Source of the DNA: a virus
DNA: 63,260 nt
IMG/VR virus record: IMGVR_UViG_3300010970_000172
Location: 1 to 63,260 of that record
Strand: one strand, 5' to 3'
In this document: positions 19,047-27,756 of the stretch, one piece after another
Layout of the letters: each line of letters begins with the position of its first letter
Numbering within the stretch: the first letter of the stretch is position 1
Made by a program: the position numbers and the translations under genes
Notes under the pieces: generated by a model
Seen by the model: only the letters and a program-made list of their open reading frames with translations
Database searches by the model: none
Told to the model about the DNA's origin: nothing

Positions 19047-19171
19047 ATCTTTTTATAGGTAATATCTAAATCTTTTCGCTTTGCCCAAATAATGTACGTT
19101 AGAAGGGCGACAAAGCATAACTCTATCGCCCCTATAATAACTCCCAACAAAATTAATTGACTATCAGTCAT
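19037..19171 (-). CDS. Single-TM peptide, 44 aa (below the track cutoff)
   Basis: Manual translation: MTDSQLILLGVIIGAIELCFVALLTYIIWAKRKDLDITYKKILR. TAATG overlap with the upstream gene. Confidence 0.4.
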   Translation of the reverse strand: MTDSQLILLGVIIGAIELCFVALLTYIIWAKRKDLDITYKKILR

Positions 19172-19602
19172 TATTCCTCGATTAGCTTAAATAGTATTGT
19201 GTAATTTTCATTACTCTCTACCGCATCTAAAGCTGAGACAGGAATAGGAGTATACTCGATATCCTTGTCTTCGTTTAAAAGCTCTGTGTACTTTTTCTGA
19301 AACTCAATAAACTTAGGATTAAACTCCTTCTTATCACCTTCTCCGATAAAAGTATCTAATGAAATTTTGCCATCTTTCTCCTCGCCATACTCCTTAATCA
19401 ATTCGTCACGCAACCCATCAAGCGTAGCCTTTTCTTTCTTAAGCTCTTCAGATAGCTTTGTTAGGTAGTATTTTGTCTTAAGGTTTAACTTCTCCTTTAA
19501 GAAGCCTTCTAAAACCTTTTCTTCTGTTTGTGGATTAGTAAAGCCATTTAGCTCCGCTTCTAATGTAAGAATCTCGTGTAGTTTTAATGTAATTTGTGCC
19601 AT
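19171..19602 (-). CDS. Hypothetical protein, 143 aa
   Basis: Track ORF. Confidence 0.5.
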   Translation of the reverse strand: MAQITLKLHEILTLEAELNGFTNPQTEEKVLEGFLKEKLNLKTKYYLTKLSEELKKEKATLDGLRDELIKEYGEEKDGKISLDTFIGEGDKKEFNPKFIEFQKKYTELLNEDKDIEYTPIPVSALDAVESNENYTILFKLIEE

Positions 19603-19614
19603 TGTATGTTTGGT

Positions 19615-19812
19615 TTATTTATTTAATGATTCAAGCGTTTCATTAAACGCAATTAGATTAGCGGTTTTTCCATCTGTAAAAACACAGAAACCTTCATTAA
19701 CCCCTTCTTCAGTAATTGAATTTTGAGTTAAAAAAGCAACGTCTTCAATATTAATCCAGCTTCTTAAAATAGCGTCATCTTTTCTTGTTGTAATCTTGAT
19801 AAATTTTTTCAT
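19615..19812 (-). CDS. Hypothetical protein, 65 aa
   Basis: Track ORF. Confidence 0.45.
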   Translation of the reverse strand: MKKFIKITTRKDDAILRSWINIEDVAFLTQNSITEEGVNEGFCVFTDGKTANLIAFNETLESLNK

Positions 19813-19832
19813 TATATGTTACATTTAAAGTG

Positions 19833-20096
19833 TTAGTTTTCCCACTTACCTCTTGGGCATTTTTGCTCTTTAGGAACATCGGGTGATGTGTAAATTTTGG
19901 CTGCGATAGGACATCCGCAAGCACCACATTGAAAGTAATTATTTACGATTGAGCCTGTAACTGATTTTACATCTACTTCTTGTAACATATCACAAGATTC
20001 GCAGATACGCATTCTATCATCAGCAAGTGCTTTTTGCTCCTCTGTATGGAACATAGCTGTTCCCCAAGCCTGAATAATAGTTAGGAATTTGTTCAT
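19833..20096 (-). CDS. Cys-rich zinc-ribbon-like protein, 87 aa from the MNKFLT start
   Basis: CESCD ... CGACGC ... KCPRGKW cysteine pattern. Confidence 0.45.
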   Translation of the reverse strand: MNKFLTIIQAWGTAMFHTEEQKALADDRMRICESCDMLQEVDVKSVTGSIVNNYFQCGACGCPIAAKIYTSPDVPKEQKCPRGKWEN

Positions 20097-20143
20097 TGTA
20101 TATTGTTTGGTTGTAGCAAATTTAGGCAAAATTTGTTACAAAA

Positions 20144-22321
20144 CTATGTAGTGTATATTGTATATCCATTATAAGAGCAAGCCCCTCCTACAGAATAACC
20201 TAATCCGCCTGTGTTAAAGGAAGCATTAGTGTTACGACAGAAGTAAATAGTCTCTCCATCTTGCAACCAATAACTTGTATTGCTTCCTGCTGAACAAGGC
20301 AACCATTCGATATAAGCTTCGCTTCCGCTATTGTTGGAAATAGATATTTCTTCACAGCAAGCACAATCTGCTGAAGAAGGGGCTGATGTGCCTAAATCTG
20401 CTCCATTAGCAAAGTAGTGGTTATATGTTGAAGAGCAAACTCTTGTGTCTTTATAAACTCCGTATGGATTACAACTAATGCAAGTATTATAGCCTTGGAA
20501 AACAAGGTTTTGCGAATAGTCGCAAGAGCCTGAACTTGGAGCAGAAACTCCCACATCAACGCCGTTTACAAAGTAATGGTTATATGTAGAGCTACATACC
20601 GAAGTGTCTTTAAATACAGTATAGTTATTGCAGCTACTACAAGTTGTGTACCCTTGGCTTACGATGTTTTGCGAGGTGTTACAAGCAGATGTTGTTGGAT
20701 TGCTCGCATATGTAGTTCCTCCTGCTTGATACTGATCACCAGTAAAGCAACTATTGACGTTCTGATACACGGAATAAGTAACACAACTAATACAAGTTTG
20801 CCCCACATAAAAAGCATAGTTGGCAGATGATGAGCAAGACCCCGTTACAGGGTTGTAAGAATAAGTTGAGCCATTAGAGTAATACTGATTACCTGTAAAG
20901 CACCCATTTGTATTTTGGTATACAGCATACTCTGCACAACCAATACACATTACACCAATGTAACTTGAGTAATTTGAACTTGTATTACAAGCTCCCGTTG
21001 CAGGATTATAAGAATAGTCAACGCCATTTACTTGGTATGGAGCACCACCATAGCACGGTTTTGCAGTATAGTTATGAGCATAAACAAAATACGAGCTACA
21101 TCCAGAGCAATAGATTTGCCCCGTGTTTTCATATTGAGATGAGTAATCGCAAGCTCCGTTACTTGGTGCTGTTGTTCCCACAGCTGACCCATTTACATAG
21201 TATTGATTATATGTAGATGAATTTACATTGGTGTCTTTATAAACTGTATATGTCGAACAAGAAGAGCAAGTCGAATAACCTTGAGACGTTAATACAGGCG
21301 ATGTATTATAGCCTACCGTTAAATTAAAGTTAGCACTTGTTTTGCTATTGACTCCACTCCCAGATGCTGTAAAATTATTGCTTAATGATACGCTTTCCGT
21401 TGAAGCAATAACTCTGATTCCAAGAGAAATGAAAGTGTTAAAAATTGATCCGTGCAATACCCCAGATTTACTAAATGTAACTGTCCTTGTAGTTGAGTTA
21501 TAATTAGATGTCCATCCCGAAGGAAGCGGAGTGTAAAAGCTATCAAAACTAAGATTTGATGGCAATACATCTGTCAATACAGTATCTGAGGAATAGAGAT
21601 TACTTGTTGTATTCCTTACCTTAAGAAAGTATATGAATGTTGTATTGTAAGCTAAATTAGTCCCTGCTGCAATATCGGTTGTCCCATCGTTTTGCTTTGC
21701 AACTTTTTCAACCTCAAACGTAGGGTACTGTAAATATGGGGTTGTCGTAGTTGAATTTGTTGGGCTATATTGGGCTGTTAACGGAATAGCTAATGTCCCC
21801 GACCCATCGGATGTAGGTCGTGTTGTTGAGCAAGTAATTGTTATTACAACAGTTGCTCCCGATGCAATTGCACTTGTTATTGTTAGTACCCCCGAAACAA
21901 AAGTAGATGTTACGCCTGACGTTATTGTGTAACTAACGTAAGATGTATTGCTTGCAAATGATATGGTTAATGGTATATTAGATGCTGTTGCGAATGTTTC
22001 ATCGTTGCGAACATTAATTGTGTACACGACATTATTACCCGCCGTAACTGTAGTAGGAGATGCTGAACTTGTAAGATTTAAATTATAGTAAGGTGATATC
22101 CCTACAATCGCTTTTCTTGGAAGCAACTGACTACTTGTATGAGAAACATAATGTGTATTTGTTTCATCAAGATAAATAAGAGGAAGTATATCAGACTTTT
22201 TAATCCCTTTGGCTGACGTGGTAAACGCTGATTTTTGATATAGATCACCCGAAGAAATAGCCGCAACTAAGTCTGCATAAGTGACAATCTTATCTACATT
22301 CATTTCCGACCAAGCACTCAT
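20144..22321 (-). CDS. Tail-associated adhesin-like protein: DUF11-like beta repeats followed by six ~50-aa four-cysteine repeats
   Basis: DUF11-like VTAGNNVVYTINVRN.. and VLTDVLPSNLSF. Six repeats have the pattern C-x2-C..C..C (residues ~347-656). It is the last gene of the fibre cluster. Confidence 0.55.
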   Translation of the reverse strand: MSAWSEMNVDKIVTYADLVAAISSGDLYQKSAFTTSAKGIKKSDILPLIYLDETNTHYVSHTSSQLLPRKAIVGISPYYNLNLTSSASPTTVTAGNNVVYTINVRNDETFATASNIPLTISFASNTSYVSYTITSGVTSTFVSGVLTITSAIASGATVVITITCSTTRPTSDGSGTLAIPLTAQYSPTNSTTTTPYLQYPTFEVEKVAKQNDGTTDIAAGTNLAYNTTFIYFLKVRNTTSNLYSSDTVLTDVLPSNLSFDSFYTPLPSGWTSNYNSTTRTVTFSKSGVLHGSIFNTFISLGIRVIASTESVSLSNNFTASGSGVNSKTSANFNLTVGYNTSPVLTSQGYSTCSSCSTYTVYKDTNVNSSTYNQYYVNGSAVGTTAPSNGACDYSSQYENTGQIYCSGCSSYFVYAHNYTAKPCYGGAPYQVNGVDYSYNPATGACNTSSNYSSYIGVMCIGCAEYAVYQNTNGCFTGNQYYSNGSTYSYNPVTGSCSSSANYAFYVGQTCISCVTYSVYQNVNSCFTGDQYQAGGTTYASNPTTSACNTSQNIVSQGYTTCSSCNNYTVFKDTSVCSSTYNHYFVNGVDVGVSAPSSGSCDYSQNLVFQGYNTCISCNPYGVYKDTRVCSSTYNHYFANGADLGTSAPSSADCACCEEISISNNSGSEAYIEWLPCSAGSNTSYWLQDGETIYFCRNTNASFNTGGLGYSVGGACSYNGYTIYTT
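20354..21283 (-). repeat. Coding tandem repeat array: six ~50-codon four-cysteine units
   Basis: For example QGYSTCSSCSTYTVYKDTNV.SSTYNQYYVNG..G.TAPS.G.CDYS, repeated with variation. Confidence 0.7.
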
Positions 22322-24300
22322 ATTCCTAATTTAGCCTCTAATTCAGCAACACGTTTCTCTAATTGTAAAATCTTTAATGTATGGATATCTGTATAATTAA
22401 TTGATAATGATACACCATCGTTGTTAACGCATTCAGGAATTACCTCATAAATGTCTTGTGCAGAGTAACCATATCTGATTTTATCTTTATCATATGTGGT
22501 ACGCATATACTTGATTGTATCAATCTTAGATACATCGATATCGGGGTTAGTTCCTAATACGTTTTTGTATCTAATATCCGATGACTCAAAAAATCCACCC
22601 GTTGCTGAAATCGTACTCGTTGATGTTATAGGAGTAGATGTTGAAGCCCCTCTTGCAGTTACAGAAGCCAATGTATCTGTTTCTGTGTAAGATGACAAAG
22701 GTGTAAATCCAAGGGCTGTAGTAACCATCGATGATGTTATGCTACTTATGTACCCATTTGGATTAGTTGAATTATATGGAGTAAATCCAAGTGCCGTTAC
22801 AACTTGACTTGAGTTAATCGTAGATAGGTATCCATTTGGATTTGTCGCACCGTTGTATGGGGTATATCCTAACGCTGACGTGACATCTGAAGACCCAAGT
22901 GTTACATCTCCACTACGACCAAAAACGCTCGTTACAGGGAAAGTAAATGAGTCAGACAATGTTGAGCCATCTTGCTTAGTTATCGTTATTGTTTTTGTGC
23001 TTGTTCCCGAAAGAGCAAGAGATGTAATAGAGCGACTATAAGAAGTTCCCCAATTAGCAATATTCGTAGTTGAAATTCCAAATGAAGGAGAAGCTGTAAA
23101 AATTGGGTCTGATTCACCTGCTGAAATAGTTTGATATGTTATCGATGTACTGCCAACAGTAATTGCAGATTGATTAGTATTTCCATATCTGTAATTTATG
23201 TTTGATCCCGCAGTTATCAAGTATTGGTATCCACGAAGCTCGGCATCGGTATCTGAGTCTGTAGCTCTTGACCAAGCTCCCGAACTTGCGGTATACACAC
23301 CGTTTTCTGATTGTGTTGTCTGACCAATAACCAATATTCTATCTCCGTTTGATGGAGTATATCCTGTTATCGCAGAAAGACCCGATAATCCAACATTTGT
23401 AGTCGCAACCGTTTTTACAGAAGCACCAAGCTTTAGTCCAGTTAGGGCTGTGTTGTCCACATATTCTTTAGAGGCTGCGTGTGTTGCAGCCGTAGGAGTT
23501 GCTGGCACATTAACATTTGAGCTGAATGTCCAAGTGTTATTTGCTGTTACGCCCGCACTATTGCCAATTACGGGAGTAATTAAAGATGTTTGAATTCTTG
23601 CTGTCCCATTCACATCTAAAGGATAAGATGGAATAGCAGTCATAATGCCAAGACGATTATTAGCAGCATCCCAAAAGAAATGCTCGTTATCTTGAGTCAA
23701 AATCTCGCCATCACTAAAAATAACCGATCCCTCAGTAAATGATGGAACTGTAACAACCTTGCCATCGGGATTTACTTGTAGTAACTTATTGTAAGTTAAC
23801 GCAGGTGTCTCAATGGTGCTTGATATATAAAGGTTATTAAGACTTATTGAGCTATATCTTGCATCGCCTAAATAAATAGTATTTCCCGCATTCTTTGCGT
23901 AAGCTAAATTTCTGCCATTAATTTTGAATCCACTTGTTCCATCAACACTATCAACATTAAACGACCCCTCCTTTATATCAAAAGAATAATTAGGCGAGAT
24001 TGTATTTAGCCCTATTTTATTGCCTTGTTGGAATAATATGGAGTTTATTAAATTATTACTTTCGGGATTTACTAATGGGATATAGTTCTCATCGGCAGAA
24101 ATATCTAATGTGATTGTGCTTTCTACAGTATTAGTTACAACGGTTGCATTATTTGCAACATTCGCTGTTGTAGGAGTAGCTGTAGTGGTAGTTGCTTTTG
24201 CTGTAGTCTGAGAAAACAAGTCTCCAACTGGCACAGATACTACTGCCCCAGCATTGTCAACCATCATTATCGAAACTATATTATCAGGTAGTTGTGCCAT
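22318..24300 (-). CDS. Tail fibre with a C-terminal intramolecular chaperone (peptidase S74-type) domain
   Basis: The C-terminus reads ..SSDIRYKNV..GYSAQDIYEVIPE..LEKRVAELEAKL (SDxRxK motif, 22321..22593). ALGYTP/ALGFTP fibre repeats are present. Confidence 0.8.
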   Translation of the reverse strand: MAQLPDNIVSIMMVDNAGAVVSVPVGDLFSQTTAKATTTTATPTTANVANNATVVTNTVESTITLDISADENYIPLVNPESNNLINSILFQQGNKIGLNTISPNYSFDIKEGSFNVDSVDGTSGFKINGRNLAYAKNAGNTIYLGDARYSSISLNNLYISSTIETPALTYNKLLQVNPDGKVVTVPSFTEGSVIFSDGEILTQDNEHFFWDAANNRLGIMTAIPSYPLDVNGTARIQTSLITPVIGNSAGVTANNTWTFSSNVNVPATPTAATHAASKEYVDNTALTGLKLGASVKTVATTNVGLSGLSAITGYTPSNGDRILVIGQTTQSENGVYTASSGAWSRATDSDTDAELRGYQYLITAGSNINYRYGNTNQSAITVGSTSITYQTISAGESDPIFTASPSFGISTTNIANWGTSYSRSITSLALSGTSTKTITITKQDGSTLSDSFTFPVTSVFGRSGDVTLGSSDVTSALGYTPYNGATNPNGYLSTINSSQVVTALGFTPYNSTNPNGYISSITSSMVTTALGFTPLSSYTETDTLASVTARGASTSTPITSTSTISATGGFFESSDIRYKNVLGTNPDIDVSKIDTIKYMRTTYDKDKIRYGYSAQDIYEVIPECVNNDGVSLSINYTDIHTLKILQLEKRVAELEAKLGI

Positions 24301-24301
24301 A

Positions 24302-24628
24302 TTATGCGTAAGGTAACTGTTCTGTTTCTACTTCGTTTGAATCAATTTGCTGTTGGATGTAATTGGAAATATATTCCTCTGACTTCTTATTAAATTCAGA
24401 TGGATGAGAATCAATCCAAGACATCATCATTGGCTCAGTAATGCTTTCATATGGCGTAAATTGTGATTCGTGTGGAGTTTCAAATTCTAACTTTTCCCAA
24501 AAATCTCCTATATATCCATCTTTGTGCTTGCCAGTTTTTATAACGCTAACCCACTTAATTACATTTTGAAGACTGCCTTCTACCTTATGGTATTTCACAC
24601 CCTTTATTGCTGTTGTATAATTAATCAT
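24302..24628 (-). CDS. Small protein, 108 aa, downstream of a fibre gene (possible assembly or accessory factor)
   Basis: Track ORF. Similar in size, position and acidic C-half to 27432..27755. Confidence 0.45.
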   Translation of the reverse strand: MINYTTAIKGVKYHKVEGSLQNVIKWVSVIKTGKHKDGYIGDFWEKLEFETPHESQFTPYESITEPMMMSWIDSHPSEFNKKSEEYISNYIQQQIDSNEVETEQLPYA

Positions 24629-24638
24629 TGCTTGTCAA

Positions 24639-27428
24639 TTAATAGTAAGTAATTGAAATTTTAGACATATCTCTTGCAAATAACATAATAGTTGCGGAAC
24701 ATTTATACCCTCCAGCTCCCGTGTTTGTTGGAGATGTAAGAATATATCCGTTACCATCTGTATTCATTTCTCTTCCCATATTGCCAACATTGTTTCCTCC
24801 GAAATGGGTTAAGTCGAAATATTTGTCTCCACAAGCTCCGCTGCCATCGCTCCAGCCGCCAAATTGATATGAGAATCCAGCTCCAGTATTAGTAGCTGAA
24901 TTTGGAGGATAGTCGTCAAAGTTGTATCCAAAGATAAATCCAGTAAAATAGTTATTTGTTCCTGCGTAAATCTTAATAAATTTAGCACCTCCCACTTTTT
25001 TAACAGAGTGCGATATGATTCTCATACCTCCCGCAACATCACTTGTTCCGCTACTATTTACTGTAAAAGTTCCCCCATATAAGTGCAACATTGATAAGGG
25101 CGATGTTGTACCCATACCTGTGTTTCCTGCGGCTGAAATGTAAATTCTACTTGTGGAATTTGCACCTATATTTAGTGCAGCTCCAGCCTCTGAAAATAGG
25201 TTCAATGAGCCAGTTCCAAACTGCAAGTATCCGTATCTTGTTGTTCCTGCTGTATTCCATCCAGAAATATAGCAGTTGTCAGATGTCATTTTTAACACCT
25301 CTGTAACTGTAGAAACAATCTGCCCAGTCATTGTGCCTCCAGCCAAAGGTAACTTAGTAGAATCCGAACCACTAATCGTCCAGCTTCTATTCGCTGTCAA
25401 ATCATACGTCGTACCATTAATCGTTAAAGTACGAGCATTAGTTACAGGTGTATATCCTAAAGCAGTTGTTACGTTGCTTGATGTAATGCTTGTCAAATAC
25501 CCTGCTGAAGCGTGGTTGCCCCACCCGTAAGCTGTATTCCAATTTGAAGCGTTATTAGTAGTTGTGTACCAAGAACTTGCTACATAAACAGGGTCTGTTT
25601 CAGTATATGAAGTTAGGTATGTTGACGTATCTAAACTCCAAGTGTTAGCAGCTGTCTTCTTCAAGAAACCAGATGTGCCAGCTAACCCTGCGATAGCAGT
25701 TAAGTCGGCATCTAATGGTTGGTAAGTAGATGCGGCAGAAGATGTTGTTAAATATCCCGCTGAAGCGTGATTTCCCCAACCGTATGCTGTGTTCCAATTG
25801 GAAGCGTTGTTAGTAGTTGTGTACCAAGAACTTGCTGTATAAATTGGGTCTGTTTCCGTGAACGAAGTTAAATAAGTATTTGAGTCAACAGAACCATCGG
25901 CTTTTAAAAATTGAGATGAAGTTCCACCTGACTTAATAATTGTAGCCGCAGTAATATTGCCAGCAAACGTCCAAGTACCTCTTGCTGTTACGGCATTTGT
26001 TCCAGCTGTAGAACCAATAGTAATATTTGTTGTACTGCCAGATAATCCAGCTGTACCGATATTTATCGTCTTTGTCGCTCCAGAAACAGTAGCTTCTGTT
26101 GCAATTGCAATTGTAGTGCTACCCGTAGATGTTGTTAATGTAGTATTACCAGAAACACTAAAAGAGCCATTAATTACACTTAGATTTCCAGAAAATGTCT
26201 TAGCACCACCAAACGTCTGAGTTCCATTATTTACAACACCTCTTGCAATGGTGGACGCGTCAGGTACACTAAGTGTTATTACAGGAGTTGTAGTCCCATC
26301 TGCTACACTTGAGGTGATGTCGCTACCTGCTGAATCAATAGTTAATGCAGCAACAGATGTAACTGTACCTACATTAGTAGTGTATCCTGCTGGATTTGAT
26401 GCATCGTAAGGAGTGTACCCTAATACTGTTGCAATGGAAGCATTTTTCCATAAATTAGTAGTAGTATCTCTATAAAGTACATCTTTGTTTACATAAGAAC
26501 CTATTTGAACATCGTGTAACTCGTCTAACTCATATCCGTTTTGAATCTGATAAACAATTGTTCCGTTAGTAGGAGATGTACGAATAACCTTACCAATATA
26601 CACTAAGTGATTTGGTGCAGATGGTTTTGTTCTTGTAATGTATCCTGCAGTAGTTGGGTCTAAGTAAACTGTGTCTCCATCAACTAATGTGTCAGATGTA
26701 AACGGATATGTAGCTCCCGAACGAGTGTCTAAATTGTCAATCGTTCCGTTTGTTACAATATATCCATCTGCATTATTAGCGATATCATCTTTAACAACAC
26801 CAAATGTTCTTGCAGATGTTCCTTCTCCGTTTGCTTGAGATTTACTGAAATTTGGAATATTACCCGTTGCACCAGAAATATAAACTATAGTACCTCTATA
26901 TAAAGTAGCTCCTGTAGAGTTTCTTCCAAAAGTAGTTAATTGGCTTGCAGATGCAATTGAAGAAGGAAATGTCGCTAAAGTTCCATCTCCAGTAATATAC
27001 TGAGCAGTAGTTCCTGTAGGCTGAGGATAATAAGTCGAGTTGTCGTAAGTAATAGTAGTTCCACTTGCTTTAACAAAACCAGTTCCGTTTAGGTCATCTT
27101 GCTTGGCATTTAAAGCCGCTTGCAAATCTGTTTGATTTGACAATGTACCCGTGATGCTACCCCAAGTTCCGCCTCCGCCTGCTGAAGAGCTAATCTCAAT
27201 ATAAACAGTTCCGCTCCAACGGTAGATTTTATTTGTAGCTAAATCAACGTAAATCTTACCTGTCTCCCCTGTTGCGGGAAAAGACGCAAGATTTGCATAT
27301 TCTAACACATCATCAACGTAAGAAGGTAATTGAGATGACGGAACTAATCCGCCAACCAAGTCAGCCTTAGAACTTAAATTGACTCCGCTATCAGAAACTA
27401 TATTGCCTGAAATATTTGCTATGCCCAT
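24639..27428 (-). CDS. Tail fibre protein, 929 aa
   Basis: The N-terminus has LPSYVDDVLEY..FPATGETGKIYVDLATNKIYRWSG, a common fibre motif. A module (F/Y)TETDP(I/V)Y(T/V)ASSWYTTTNNASNWNTAYGWGNHASAGYLT is duplicated. LGYTP repeats are present. Confidence 0.75.
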   Translation of the reverse strand: MGIANISGNIVSDSGVNLSSKADLVGGLVPSSQLPSYVDDVLEYANLASFPATGETGKIYVDLATNKIYRWSGTVYIEISSSAGGGGTWGSITGTLSNQTDLQAALNAKQDDLNGTGFVKASGTTITYDNSTYYPQPTGTTAQYITGDGTLATFPSSIASASQLTTFGRNSTGATLYRGTIVYISGATGNIPNFSKSQANGEGTSARTFGVVKDDIANNADGYIVTNGTIDNLDTRSGATYPFTSDTLVDGDTVYLDPTTAGYITRTKPSAPNHLVYIGKVIRTSPTNGTIVYQIQNGYELDELHDVQIGSYVNKDVLYRDTTTNLWKNASIATVLGYTPYDASNPAGYTTNVGTVTSVAALTIDSAGSDITSSVADGTTTPVITLSVPDASTIARGVVNNGTQTFGGAKTFSGNLSVINGSFSVSGNTTLTTSTGSTTIAIATEATVSGATKTINIGTAGLSGSTTNITIGSTAGTNAVTARGTWTFAGNITAATIIKSGGTSSQFLKADGSVDSNTYLTSFTETDPIYTASSWYTTTNNASNWNTAYGWGNHASAGYLTTSSAASTYQPLDADLTAIAGLAGTSGFLKKTAANTWSLDTSTYLTSYTETDPVYVASSWYTTTNNASNWNTAYGWGNHASAGYLTSITSSNVTTALGYTPVTNARTLTINGTTYDLTANRSWTISGSDSTKLPLAGGTMTGQIVSTVTEVLKMTSDNCYISGWNTAGTTRYGYLQFGTGSLNLFSEAGAALNIGANSTSRIYISAAGNTGMGTTSPLSMLHLYGGTFTVNSSGTSDVAGGMRIISHSVKKVGGAKFIKIYAGTNNYFTGFIFGYNFDDYPPNSATNTGAGFSYQFGGWSDGSGACGDKYFDLTHFGGNNVGNMGREMNTDGNGYILTSPTNTGAGGYKCSATIMLFARDMSKISITYY
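25501..25856 (-). repeat. Intragenic duplication: two ~100-bp copies (25501..25601 and 25756..25856), offset 255 bp
   Basis: The two copies align by eye with scattered substitutions. They encode the duplicated WYTTTNNASNWNTAYGWGNHASAGYLT module. Confidence 0.8.
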
Positions 27429-27431
27429 TTT

Positions 27432-27755
27432 TTATATATTATTATCAGCCCAAGGTAGGGGTAAAGATACGGTTTTTGTTTTTAATAATTCTTGTTCAAT
27501 GGCAATATCCATTTCAGTTGTGTCAACTAATACGTCTAACCATTGCTCAATATCTTCTTTCACTAAATCTTCGTGTGCAATAAACTCGATAGGAGATGGC
27601 TCAGGGCATACTAATTGCCCAGCTAAAGAGAATGAGTTTCCTTGCTCATTAGCTCCAACTCTATCGTAGTTAATTACTACAACAACATTATCTCTACCAT
27701 TTAAACTTGGTATTGTTTCTAATGCTCCTTCTTTTAATTCCCAGTTGTAAGTCAT
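27432..27755 (-). CDS. Small protein, 107 aa, downstream of a fibre gene
   Basis: Track ORF. The C-terminus reads ..LPLPW. Confidence 0.45.
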   Translation of the reverse strand: MTYNWELKEGALETIPSLNGRDNVVVVINYDRVGANEQGNSFSLAGQLVCPEPSPIEFIAHEDLVKEDIEQWLDVLVDTTEMDIAIEQELLKTKTVSLPLPWADNNI

Positions 27756-27756
27756 A

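Noticed and set aside
25501-25856. Diversity-generating retroelement (template/variable repeat pair) in the tail fibre gene
   Set aside because: No reverse transcriptase gene is present anywhere in the genome. The differences between the two copies are mixed substitutions, not adenine-specific. Both copies are in-frame parts of the same ORF.
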